NCBI GenBank assembly: GCA_951406725.2
Contig: OX597822.1
Coordinates: 110,670,001 to 110,734,000, forward strand
Reading direction: 5' to 3'
DNA: 64,000 nt
Source of the DNA: Octopus vulgaris
Taxonomy: Eukaryota
This document shows, piece after piece, positions 51,489 to 64,000 of the stretch. The notes beneath the pieces are model-generated. The model did no database searches and was not told where the DNA came from. It saw only the letters and a list, made by a program, of their open reading frames with translations. The number at the start of each line of letters is the position of its first letter. Position 1 is the first letter of the stretch. Made by a program: the position numbers and the translations under genes.

Positions 51489-51852
51489 CTGCCGTAATAG
51501 CTCTTGGTTTTACTATAGCTGACAGTGTACTTCTAATCTGCATGATCAAGTTTCTGATTAAGTCCATAATAATGTACTCCATATTTTCTATCTTCTTATC
51601 TGGTATTAATGCTATGGAGATGCATTTTCGCGGTTAATAAGCTTCCAGATTAATCAGTATTAAAACCCATTCTACCACTAAATTTTTTGAATTTGTTTCT
51701 TGAATTTATAGATTTATTTGTCTTTATTTTTGCCACGAAATCTTTTCAGGCGTTTTCCGAAATTGTTTAACCAGTTTGTTTATGACTTGACTGAAGGTTG
51801 TCATTTTCCTCGCTTCTAAATCTTTTAGCCATTGCTCAAGTTTTATATCCAT
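51489..51852 (-). pseudogene. Possible decayed exon of a hillarin/KY-like transglutaminase-fold gene
   Basis: Frameshifted pieces TTFSQVINKLV, NLVVEWVLILINL and RKYGVHYYGLNQKLDHAD*KYTVSYSKTKSYYG resemble, from memory, hillarin TFTDLVRQLI / IFRWITVKNL / IKYGTESYHVLFKRLCSYAGL..YSKSAGY; ends at CAG|GTAACG. Confidence 0.25.
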
Positions 51853-52709
51853 TATTAGCTTGGTTAATATTGAATAAAATTCAAAATAAATTTGCAAATA
51901 AATATCTGTATAAACAGAAAAAAAATGCATGTGTAAAATCCAACGAAAGGAAAATGTAAAGATAGAGGAATCGGTAGATAAATTAGAATGGAATGTGCAT
52001 AAATTACAATACCAATATGATTTAGCTAGAATACAAATGAGAAAACAAGATAAAGATAAAAAATACAAAATACAACTGAGTATTAAGTGTGGCTTGACGG
52101 TTTCTAGGCGGAGAGAAGGAATGTAAAAGAAAATAAATTATATGCATTTGATTATAGCCGGAGGAGAAGTGGCACTGATATTCCTTTCAGATTCTTTCAA
52201 ACTGGATGCTGTAGATAGAAAAGGAAAAGAAAAACAGAATAAAAGAAATACCAGTTGAAAATGTTCCAACGATATGTGGAAGTGGAATGGAAACTGCACC
52301 GATGTAGTCAGTTCATTTAATAAATATGCAGTAGTTTTCGTTAAACACATTTGTTGAGTACATAATATCTTGAATAGTTGTGATCAGAATCTTTCTTTGT
52401 AGGTCAGCTGAAAGACACATCATTCACATAGTGAAGTGGGTAAGCAAAAAAACAAACAAACAAAAGAACTAAAAAAAAAAACACCCCAAAAACACTGAGC
52501 GAATAGCGACCAAAAAACCCACGCTATATATCACATTCAAATATGATTGATCACGTGAGCAGTAATCACAAATAAATTCGATTCTCACTTCACAAAATTA
52601 ATTCGCCACTTATCAAACTACAGCGAAATCATTTTTTGTGCATATTGGCTGGTTCTGCAGAAACAAGATGACGTATATTGCAGATACAAGATGATCTATA
52701 TTTTATTGT

Positions 52710-53132
52710 TATTTCGGCACAAGACGAGCATTTTCAAGTGCAGGGATTAGTTGATGCCATCGGCCTCATTGTCTGACAGAGTACTTTATATTATCAAACT
52801 TGAAGGGCTGAAAGGTAAAGTTCACCACGCTGGGATTTAAAATATGCACGTAAAGATCCGGAACAAAATTTACGTCGCAGTTTTCTAACGTTCTAAATTT
52901 TCTGTTAGCGTCAACTTTAAGGAAAACAAGAATATCCAAGATAATACTATATTATTGGTTACTAATGCATCTAGCACGGTGGGAAAAATGCTTAGTGACA
53001 TTTTGTCTGCCGCTACGTTCAGAGTTCAAATTCCGCCGAGGTCAACTTTGCCTTTCGGGATCGATAATTTAAGTACCATTTGATTACTGAGGTCGATGTA
53101 ATCGACGTGTTGTGCCTATAGTAGAAAAGATT
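52710..53132. mobile_element. Two diverged family A SINEs in opposite orientation (52710-52915 -, 52972-53132 +)
   Basis: GAGTTCAAATTCCGCCGAGGTCAACTTTGCCTTT core on +; decayed reverse complement upstream. Confidence 0.7.
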
Positions 53133-54443
53133 ATTATATATGCACAAGGCGAAAATGCGTTATGCTATCGTGTGTTTAGTTGAAGGGAAAGGGCAAGAGC
53201 GTGAGAGAAGAGGGAGAGAGAAGTGTTAACGGCGTCAGCTAAGGGGTAAGTTGTAATTATTACGTGGTTAAACAGCTAAGTGAAGGGAGTGATATAGCGA
53301 AAGAGGGTTAGAAATAGAATCTTTAGTAGAAGGGTGATGTTCTGTGAGTGAGATTCAGGTATGACAAAGAGAGAGAAAGAGAGAGAAAATGAGAGGGAGA
53401 GAGGGAATAAGAGAAATAGAGAAAGGAGAGTGGGGAGTGACTTTATTGTCAGCACTGCGTTGAGCTGTCATGAGGTGAGTGGAAGTGAGAGGAGAAAGAG
53501 AGAAATGATAATATCGTAGTTACAAAGTTTGATGAAGTAAGAGGCAGGAAGAAAAAGAGAGAGAATATGTGTTTAGCAGAGGGAAATTTTAATCATATAT
53601 GGCAAGAAAATAACCTTAATATAATTATTTTTAAATATCTTCTATTTGTCGATATGTTCATATATCTATCTAGATTGGTTGAAAGTTGCAACATTGATGA
53701 CATGAATATTCTCTATAATACAGGGCTATTACTCAGCCCCAGTGGGAGGGATATAGTCCAACAGGTACCATTCGGTCGGTGGTGTCTTATCACTTCTTTT
53801 CCTTTTCAGGTGAAGCCATGTAGCTGTCGACGATAGAGAATCGCGTGTTTTCCTACGACAACGATAGAGCAATTACACGTCAGACAAGCTTTGATACGGA
53901 GTCCGGATCGCTCTGCTCGGAGAGAGTGGTGGTCAACTTCCAGCAGCGTCTTCTGAAATACATAAAAAAAACGGTGGACATTGTTTTCCACACTTGATTT
54001 TGACAAATCCTACTTCAATACAAACACATTGATGCCAATAAAATTTGCTTGCAGTTTAAATTAATGATTTTGTGAATTTTTCAAAAACGTACGTCCTCTC
54101 TAGTCCGCCCTATATTTGTGAAGCTCGTAGATTTATAAATGAACTTCTCAACTGTCGAGAGAATGGTAAAGCCATGATCCTATTACAACCTTATCCCGAA
54201 GAACTGAAAAGTGTTTTTAAAAGAAAGCAATGCATAATATACAATTTATAAAGAGAATTTAATTTTATTGCTGTATATAAACTTACAACAATCTAAAATA
54301 AAAGTCTTGTATTTACTGTGAAATTTCCACGGGTGCTGTTAGTTTCTATAAATATATTCTTAGAAAGTATGCTTCAGTCTGTTAATTTTCGAAAACTGCG
54401 ATTACTTTATATTTTCCTGTTTAGTTCCAGAACAAATATAATT

Positions 54444-55329
54444 GTTGGAGCTGGGCGACAGTCACCCCCATCCCACAAAAACCGAGCTTTCGGAAATTTT
54501 GTTTTCTCAGCGGATTTCTAGGTTTTCGATGACAGATTCCAAATATGCAAAAAATCACGTTTTCAAAATTTCGAATTCTCACCCACCCAATTTTATAATT
54601 TTAAACTTTTTTCGAATTTTTTGTTTTCAATCTACATAAGAAATTACGTAGATTAACAATATGGCAAGCAAAAAATTAATTAATTTCAAATTTTATATGA
54701 AAAACTGCAAATTTGATCTACACAACCCACGCCACCCAGTAAAAAAGGGTGTGCGCGCGCACAATCTCTACAGCTCACTGAAAATGAACGGCTGAAGCAA
54801 GTGAAACAGCAGGTTTCACATACCTGTTCTATATGTCGGTGTGTGGATCAATTTTGGAAGTACGTTAAAGGTTTTAGCAGACGTATTGCGGAGAAATAGA
54901 CAATATCGTGTTTGCTTCTATGAGAATCGTTTACCTTTAAAGCGAAGAAACAAGACCGACATATATAACAGGTATGTAAAATATACTGTTTCACTTGTTT
55001 CAGCCAGCTGTAGAGATTGTTGTGCACCCCTTTTTTGCTGCGAGGGGTGTGTGGATGAAATTTGGAGTTTCTCATATAAAATTTGAAATTAATTAATTTT
55101 TTTGTTTGCCATATTGTTAATCTCCGAATTTTCCCAGATAGATTGAAAAAATCGAAAAAAAGTGAAAATTTTAAAAATTTGTGGTGCAGAATTTAAAATT
55201 TCGAAAACGTGACCTTTTGCATATTCGGAATCTCCGTCATCGAAAACCTAGGAATCCGCTGAAAACAACAAAAAAAAAAATCCAAAAGCTCGGTTTTTGT
55301 TGGGGTTGGATGACTCGTACAACTCCAAC
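54444..55329. mobile_element. Non-autonomous foldback-type DNA element with long imperfect TIRs
   Basis: About 54444-54840 vs 54955-55329 inverted (e.g. ACAAAAACCGAGCTTT / AAAGCTCGGTTTTTGT); ~115-bp spacer. Confidence 0.8.
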
Positions 55330-56599
55330 TCTACCAAATAATCCTTTTAGAAAATGTGTTTGGAATAAATTGTCATTGCTATCAACTTTCTAATATTTTT
55401 GTCAAAATATCCTAAGTAAATAAATTATTAAATTTTTCTAATATCAATTTTCGTTACAGAGAATTACCACACGACTAGACGTAGACAATATTGTTCAAAA
55501 CGTTAACATATTCTACATTTAAAAAATAATTACTTATTTGTTTCACGGGGGATGGGGACAAGGTAAGGAACGATGTTTTTTCCTGCATTTACTCAATAGC
55601 CACATTTCAGATACATTTCTTTTCTTTTTTATCAGTGGAACCCAATAAATCGAAGCCTACATCTGGCAAAGAATTATATAAACTAGTCAATTCGGCTCTT
55701 ATACGTTTAATATGATTTAGCATTTTCCCAGAGGTTCATTTATTCACGTTATAAGAGAGACAACGAATAACAAATCATAATATTACGGATTAAAAAGATG
55801 AAATATATATATCAAACGTCCCTAAAATTCAGAAGGAATTTCTAAAAGCGATAACAATTTTTTGTTGATATCGAGTTAGGAAAAAATAAGCTGAATTAGA
55901 TATAAAGGTAAACTTACTGTGACTTCGTTTCTAATGCAATATGTTTTGATATTGTGATCGAGGGGCACCTAACAGCGTTTGAATTGTTTGAATTCCAATC
56001 AAATTTAAAGCATCATTAATGTATCACTACTGTAGCATTGAAGTTGTTGTAGCTGCATTTATTATTTGTATTACAGTCAATTCATTTTAATTCGCCTATA
56101 CAATTTTGCGAATCAGCAACTGCTATTAAAAGTCAATACAAATGTATGTTTGTCACAGACTATTGATAGTGTAAATGTACCAAGGCAACTTAACTTATTC
56201 CGTTTTACAAATTGCGATAATTCTAAAACCGTTTATTCATACACGATTTTGCATCCAATGAGTTTCAAATATTTGTTTCTTTACTATTTTAGTTAATTAC
56301 CTCCGTTTCCGATAAATGAAATACGCTAATAATTATAATTGTTGCTACGTTACGAGATATTCATTTGTGTCAAATATTTTGTAAGACATTTCATAAGATC
56401 TCACGTTTCGAAAATTCATAGTTGCAATTACAACTATTTTGTTATTCTTTTCTTAAAAGATTTTGTATTTTATAATTTCTAATCGCCTCTTCTAATACAG
56501 TAGAATTTCTTTCAATTTTGTATTTACGTCAGTTTTGAGTTTAATGTCACAATTTACATTTACACGATTTTACAAATAATCATGATGACATCGATAATA

Positions 56600-58110
56600 A
56601 TGATAATGGTATCAAATTTTAGCAAAGGCTATTCAGTTTGGGGTAAACCAATTACCTCAATCTCTGTGCTAAACCGGTACTGATTTTATCAACCGTGAAG
56701 TATCCCGACGGAATTTGAACTCAGATCAGAAAAACAGACGAATTCACGCAAATCATTCTGGCAGCTAAACCCCCTACCAATAGTAATGATAATAATAATC
56801 GTTTCAAAGCTTGGAACATCGTCTGTATATATATATATTTTTTCGAGAGGGGAGAAAATCGATTACTTCAACCCTATACTTGACAGGTTCATATCTTATC
56901 TACCCCGAAAAGATGGAAAGAAATGGTGACCTCAGTAGAATTTCAACTCAGAATGCAAAGAGTCGGAAGAAACTCTGCTAAGCATTTTGTCCGATGCGTT
57001 ACCAATTCTGCCAGCTCGACACCTGTATAAAAATAAGGGTTTCCAATTTTGGTACAAGGCCATCAACATTTGCGGAAGAAGTGAGTCGATTACATGGACC
57101 GAATTGATCAACTGGTGCTTATTTCATCGACCCCGAAAGATGAAAGTCAAAGTCGACCTCGGTGGAATCTGAACTCAAAATGCTAAGACAGACGAAATAA
57201 CGATATTATTTTGCCTGACGTGTTAACGGTTCAGCTAACTCGCTGCTTTAATAATAAGAATGGTTTCAAATTTTGGCACAAGGCCAGTAATTTCGGGAAG
57301 GAGTTAAATCGATTGCATCGACTCCAGTGCTGAACAGGTACTTATTTTGTCGACCCTGAAATGATGAATGGAAAAATCGACCTCGGCGAAATTTTACCCC
57401 TGAACTTAAGGATGGACGAAATGCTGCTAAGTATTTTGGCCTGCTCGTCGACTTTACAATAATAATAATAATGCAGTCCCAGACAGTGGCTCTCATGGCA
57501 TCTGATCTTAACTGATTGGAAGTGTTATCATGTACATTGTTTTGTCTTGGTATAAATGATAGCCTACAGTAAATATTCTGCTCAATATTACAGATTTGCC
57601 TGTCAGTTGTTTGACTTTAACCAGTTGAGCATGTCCCTTAGTGGCTAACGATGTGTGCATCTCTGATCACGAGCAGAAGTAGTGGGGGAGCATCATAGCC
57701 GTGTGTTGAAAGGAATTCTTGGAGGTTTGGATAATTCACCTTTGGAAACATGGGTGGTTCGTTCAACATCATTAACAATCCTTATTCAGGGAACTTTTGA
57801 GCGGGATGGGCTACTCGACCAGAAGAAAATTCTAACTGGGCCCCACCTGCAAGGTCATGCGCTGTTTATCTTGATATGAGATCCCTATGTCGCGCACATA
57901 TGGTTGTGATGCATGCGCCTAGTGTACCCTTATCAGACGGGTAGTCATGATGGGTATACTGGGCTCCGTATATTTTGCCCAGTGTCACTTTGATGGCATG
58001 CACTGCTCTCTCAATCAATAATCGACCTCGGCGGAATTTGAACTCAGAACGTAACGGCTACGGCTACGCATTTCGCGCGGCGTGCTAACGTTTCTGCCAG
58101 CTTGCCACCC
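56600..58110 (-). mobile_element. Head-to-tail cluster of about five family A SINE copies
   Basis: Copies at about 56605-56765, 56800-57020, 57040-57248, 57263-57445 and 58022-58110, separated by (AAT)-rich linkers. Confidence 0.75.
57473..58020 (+). mobile_element. Family D repeat following an (AAT)n tract within the SINE cluster
   Basis: Collinear with 37355-37875. Confidence 0.8.
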
Positions 58111-58359
58111 TAATAATAATAGTAACAATAATATTTTCTTCATCAGACTCCAGTGATGGAATGCTATAAAATTTCAAAGTATATTGACCATGGCCTTACA
58201 AAGATGTGAGGAGTGGAACACATGAGTTATACAGAGGTGAGGGGGGGAAGGTAAGCGTGAAATAGGTGTTTATACAATCTATAATGGAATGACAATGCAA
58301 GTTTAGTGGAGAAATATCATACACACACTCACTCATATATACGCTCACACACGCAAACT

Positions 58360-58417
<58 letters not shown>

Positions 58418-58479
58418 AGAGTGAGCTATAGATAGGTAGACAAATAAATAGATAGATACATAGACAGATATACGTAAGC

Positions 58480-59560
58480 ATAATTTAAGATTCTGTTCCC
58501 GTTGTGCCGGGCACTCAACGTTCCTTAGTTCCTGTATTATTGAGAGTGGTAATTCCAGAACCTTCTGCGAGGAGCTCTCGAATTTCTCTGCGCATGTGAA
58601 GACTCATCACTTTTGTATAGCTGACATGTCGTAACGTATAATTTTTTTAGTTTTTAAGCTGTTTGAAATATGATCCCATTCCATTGACAGTCCATACTTT
58701 ATCTGGAAAATACTGAATTAATTCATATAAGTGTTTGGTAAAGAGTTCAAAATTTCATTTAGTTTAGGGAAGAGGTTGTATTGTTTTCACTGGTGATAGG
58801 CTCCTCCTCATAAGAGACAGGCTGTTCCTCGATAGAGGGCGTCCTCTCCTCACGTGAAGTGTGTCTGTCTTCGTGGTATTTAGTGCCCTTTTCTACTTAT
58901 TCCTTGGATGATTTCGAATTTTCCTATGTGTCTCTTCGTTCCGCCTTCGTTTGGTCCTCATATGAATTAAGGACATGATGCTTCTGAAAAGAAGAGCTCA
59001 CTGAGTGTTTAGTCCTAGCTGTTGTTGTGCATGGCTCATTGTCTTCACCGGTTGTGTCTGTGAGGTATGTTGTTTGTGTCCTAGTTTCTGATAATGAGAA
59101 CGAGATATGTTGTTGACGTTGCCATGCTTGTGCCTGGTGAAGCATTAAGACTATCATCCGTTATAATTTGTAGTGAGTTGTTTTGATTTTTAGATATTCT
59201 AGGTGGAAACCTCGTAAGTGGATTTTACTGGTACATGTACTGTAATTGATCGTTTTAGCTTCGATAGTGCATTTTATGTCTTCCAATCGATATCTTATAT
59301 AGATTATATACAATTTTTTGTGATGGTTACTGGTGTTCAAGACCTGTATGTACATAGTGATCTTATCCGAATACATATCGTTAAGCTATCTGTTCATAAT
59401 GTGCCACGATATTCATGGCAGTGATATTTCCGTTTCGTCTTTCCAAATATTGTGAAGGACTTAGTGAGTAGATCTGCCTCAGGTAACACGACCTTGTGCT
59501 TTGTGGCAAACTGGCATAGCGATGCAATAAAATCCTTAGATAAAGGAGATTTTACTCAAC
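58480..59560 (-). mobile_element. Highly decayed L1/Tx1-like ORF1 and endonuclease remnant (similar traces at about 5080-5300 and 5890-6060)
   Basis: IHLRGF RRM-like stretch, decayed knuckle-like CFTRHKH..QKLGHK, RRRFW; boundaries approximate. Confidence 0.3.
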
Positions 59561-62500
59561 TTATTTACCACGGCTTTTTTCAACTCTTCATCCGACGGGA
59601 AGAATAAAAGCCCTAACAAAGTACCGGTGGTTTAATACGGTCTCTGGCGCAGCTATGCGGATAATTCTAGAGGTTGGCATCAAGCCTACAGAAGAAATGC
59701 GTCAGTCTTTGTTATTATCAATATAATATTCTACATTTGGGATTTTTCCCAAAGAGCATTTGAAAACGGTAGTGATCTTTTACTCGCTATAATTCTGTTT
59801 TCATCAACATAAGACGGAATGTAAAATATCTTTTTGACCAGTATTATTATTATCAGACATTTGCTTTGCTCAATGCATTTTGTCTCTTATGAACAAATAG
59901 ATTTTGTAATGTGTGCTTGTTGTAATGCCGTGAAGTATACTAATAACATTAAAAATAAATCATTAACCAATTAGAATTGCAGTGTCAAAATTGATACTAT
60001 ATTATGCATCAACAGCTCATATTAATCTAATAATTGGCATAACTTCTAATGCACCAAAATGTAAGCTGCAGTCGAGGGTTCTCAAGTTAAAACATTTATA
60101 CATGTAATATAAATTTTCTCCAAACTGATGTCAGTACTCCATATATGCATAGGAATGGGTCTAACATTTCCGACATCGACGGGTAGTCCAACAGCTAGTA
60201 TAGTGTCCCAAACTAACGTGATCAAAAACCAGCGAGACTTTTAGGTGCCACTCTGACCTTTAGTGAAAAAGAGTTGCAGATAATAAGTTAGCAAAAGTTG
60301 TATTGTCAAGGAAACGTTTATATCATAAAGTTAATATATGCAACTCAGTACTGGAATATACTTTCAGGAGAGAATTCTGTCAGCAGAAACCATCATTTTC
60401 CATCATACTTTCAATAGATAACATGTTTTCTATTAATGCTAACAGACTGCGTTTCATCAGCAGATTTATTTCCTTATATATTTCCAATACAGTCTCATGG
60501 TTATGTAATTTTTTCATGTTTGAAATTCCCTGTCAGATGCAACATTATTCATTATCTGCAAATCTCCTTAATTATATAATTTATCTGAATTTCATTTTCT
60601 TATAGAGATATACATTACAAATATTACTCGTTAATATTTAAAATTGTAAAAATTTTAGAACTCAACTCGATCATCTAATTCTTTTATATCTAACGTTAAT
60701 ATAATTATATACAGATGAAACCTGTTTACTGGAGAAATATGTTTCAATATGTGTTTCATGATAATAAAAAAAAACACTAATAAAATACACGTGCGATATA
60801 ATCAATAATGTATCTAATGATTAGCATTTTGTAGTGAGAATTTTCCAATGATTCCATGATATAATCTATATCTTGACAAAAAACACTGTAGTTTTTCCGG
60901 AGTAATTTGCATGTGCTTTATTGTAATACTTATATGGTTGATGTCTATATAATTTGATTAGTAATAGATTCTTGCGATCCTAGTGTGAACTACAGCAATT
61001 GAATTTGCATGAAATGTTTTATATTACAGGGGTTCTTTAAATACACCGTGTAGCTTGAAGTAATCATCACCAAATCTCTTCTCTACATAGAAAATAATAT
61101 CAAGGCAACAGGATAGATTTTTACATTCAAATCATGCCACCATTGCGTATATTTTTGTAACTCTATGGCCATGAGTTACATAAAACAAAAACAATACAGT
61201 ATAAGGTGTGTGAGCGTCTAATGGGGCAACTCTTGGTCCGGCCAAATAATTTCCATAGTATTTAAACGACTACCAAAGAGAATGTAGAACAGAGTCAATA
61301 GAGGAATGCGCTGAATATAAAACGGTTTCGTCCTAAGACTAAAACATTTTTACTGCCTTCATTCACTCAGAGAAAGTTTTATTCAAACGAATAAAACCGC
61401 TTAATTAAAGCTGGCGTTGTAACTAATCTAGAGGCATTATTATATTCAATATAAGTAAAAATAGGAATAGCAACTAAACCCCTTAACATTACATTCTACT
61501 GCTTAATATAAGGGTCATACTGGACAATATAGTTCCTGATATAGAAGTAGAATGGACGGCCATTACTGGTATTCCTTAGATCATAGACATGCAAAAATGC
61601 AGATAATTATAATTTAGTTGATTAAAAGGGTATGACATTCGTGTGGTTTCCTTAAATTAGTAGGAGAAAGACGAACGTTACTTCAGCCCGTGACCGAAAT
61701 TACGTGGTCTCTACCTGCCGAGAATTTAACTATTTCTTGTAAGAAACCCATAAATAGTAAACATGGACTCGGAAACAGGATCCTGTGAATGATCAATAGA
61801 TCTGCTAAACAAAATAGTCAATTCTGCCTTTAAAAAAACACTAACGTTTTAAACAATCAAGAATCATTAGCTAATATAATCTCAGTTGAAATATATCTGA
61901 AAATAGGAAGGTAAGTTATCGTCGTAATAATGCGTAGTCAAGCTGTATCAATGCTGAGATATGGCTTAACAACAGTAACAACAATAACATCGACGATTAT
62001 ATTGACAGCAATTGTTGGCTTTATAAAATTAATCTAGTTCTTTATTGTCTAAGTCAACTCCGCCGCTTTTTGCAAGAAAATAAATAATAGAATTAGGTTG
62101 TTGTAGTCTTGCCACAAATTTAAAATCTGCTGCAAGACGATATGATTATCTCTGAAAGAAAAATGAAATGCGGATTTATATGGGGAGAAGACGCAAGTGA
62201 GAAAAGTGAAATCGATTAATAAACTTCAAAGTAAATTTAATAGATCTTAATCCTCCTAATCACTACTATATAAAGACTTGATAAGTGATGTCTTGTCTAA
62301 TACGAATAAGTACTTAGTGTCGAGTTTCCTAGATTACTAGATGAATATAAATGATGCGTATATAGTATCAATGGAGTTACTTGTTAAGAATATACTTTGT
62401 TTCAAAAGGATGATGTCACGAGATATTTAATTACAAAATAAAGCCTTATACTGAACATAGAGTTTGATAATATAAGTAACTGAACCATTTATATTTGGAA

Positions 62501-62677
62501 GTATATAGGACATAACAAGGGGAAAAGCATCACCAAATGACTTATCACAAAGGTGCTCATGTCAAGCAATAGTCAGTGAACGAGCTATTTCAAAATTTGT
62601 ACAGGCCTGATAGTTTTCCCATACGGTAGTCCTTTATGTCTTAGCAATTCACCTTTAGTAGTATGAACAATAAATAT

Positions 62678-63064
62678 GGATGGAAGCACTCCGTCAGTTA
62701 CGACGATGAGGGTTCCGGTTGATCCGACCAACGGAACAGCCTGCTCGGGAAATTAACGTGTAAGTGGCTGAGCACTCCACAGACACGTGTACCCTTAACG
62801 TAGTTCTCGGGGATATTCAGCGTGACACAGAGAGTGACAAGGCCGGCCCTTTGAAATACAGGTACAACAGAAACAGGAAGTAAGAGTGAGAGAAAGTTGT
62901 GGTGAAAGAGTACAGCAGGGATCACCACCATCCCCTGCCGGAGCCTCGTGGAGCTTTAGGTGTTTTCGCTCAATAAACACTCACAACGCCCGGTCTGGGA
63001 ATCGAAACCGCGATCCTACGACCGCGAGTCCGCTGCCCTAACCATTGGGCCATTGCGACTCCAC
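62678..63064 (-). mobile_element. tRNA-derived SINE family C, full length with 11-bp TSD
   Basis: tRNA-like head with GGTTTCGATTCC B box; ACAATAAATAT at 62667-62677 and 63065-63075. Confidence 0.92.
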
Positions 63065-63174
63065 ACAATAAATATACACATGCCCTGTACCACTTTCATA
63101 TTACTTATCTATTTGATGTATAGTTTTAAACTCAAAGATCCGATTAAAGTTATTTGGAAACACAAATCTTAGTG

Positions 63175-64000
63175 TGGTTATTTTTCGGTCGTACAGACTA
63201 GTTGACAATGAGAACAACTAAAAACAAAATAGGACCACAGGCTGCGCTAAAATGGTATTAGACACGTACGAGTTTGACACATTCCTATTGGTCAAAGTGA
63301 GCCACAGAGCCATATAGCAGGCCAGTAGTAACACTGCTGGAAAACTAATGTTATAGAGTAAGTGAAGAATCACCATGCAACAAAAGTGTGGTTATATCAC
63401 CGTCTGTGTTCCCTATCTATATCACCTTCTGTGTTCCCTATCTTTTATCCCAGACACAGGAATTCCTCAACCAACTGTAGTGGCTTCCCACCTACGTCCA
63501 TAATTTTTTCCGGCTTCTTAATGTTCTCTACAAGATACTTCATCTAAATCTCATTCATGTTCAGCCCCACAGTCATCGACACAATCTGCACCTCCTGCAT
63601 CAACTCCTCTTCCTCCCTCATTGTGTTTGTCACCTAAACTATGTCACCAGAAAATTCAGCATCTGATATCTTTTTAGCCCTGACATTCATGCTCTGAGCC
63701 GGTGCAACAGTAAAGCCAGAGTCCTGGTGTTTCTCTAACGCAAGGTTCATACAATAGTCCACTATGATGATAAAAAGGTAGGGAGCCAAGGTATGTCCCT
63801 GGAGCACTCCAGCCAGTATATCAAAGAACTCGTCAAGTGTAATTATTAAGGCTCTGGTGTTGGTGTAGAGCAGCGATATCAGGTCCACTATCTTCTTGGA
63901 GATTCCATAAGCCTGTAATATCTTAATCGGGCAGTGACGGTCCACAGAATCAAAGGCCTTACTAAAGTCAATGAAAACTATGATAGCAGGAAGGCTTTCT
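63175..64000 (-). mobile_element. Decayed RTE/RTEX-clade LINE reverse transcriptase, continuing beyond the window
   Basis: FIDFSKAFDSVDR, GVLQGHTLAPYLF, FSGDI (FADD-like), GLNMN. Confidence 0.88.

Noticed and set aside
62985-63064. tRNA genes (also at 5454, 18560, 23770, 24708, 31170)
   Set aside because: The tRNA-like heads run into SINE bodies, some with TSDs, and lack a complete cloverleaf.

Overview
Eukaryotic, AT-rich, repeat-saturated DNA with no intact gene; the SINE families and (TA)/(CA)/(AAT) microsatellite load suggest a coleoid cephalopod such as Octopus (inference). Most ORFs in the supplied track are translated microsatellites. Recognisable coding remnants are decayed transposons: two R4/Dong-type, two CR1-type, RTE-type and L1/Tx1-like non-LTR retrotransposons, and four mariner remnants. 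There are also non-autonomous Helitrons, a foldback element, many tRNA-derived SINEs and two minisatellites. Possible host coding traces are one terminal exon (379-532, minus) and a decayed hillarin/KY-like segment. The main signal is a set of short non-coding insertions associated with (TA)n tracts that carry type I hammerhead ribozyme folds (CTGANGA...GAAA...GTH) from about six sequence families, mostly as tail-out palindromes. One is a 494-bp direct tandem repeat with one hammerhead per unit plus an inverted copy spanning the unit junction, consistent with a Penelope-type pLTR or retrozyme producing a small circular RNA. All folds were paired by eye; none was computed or tested.
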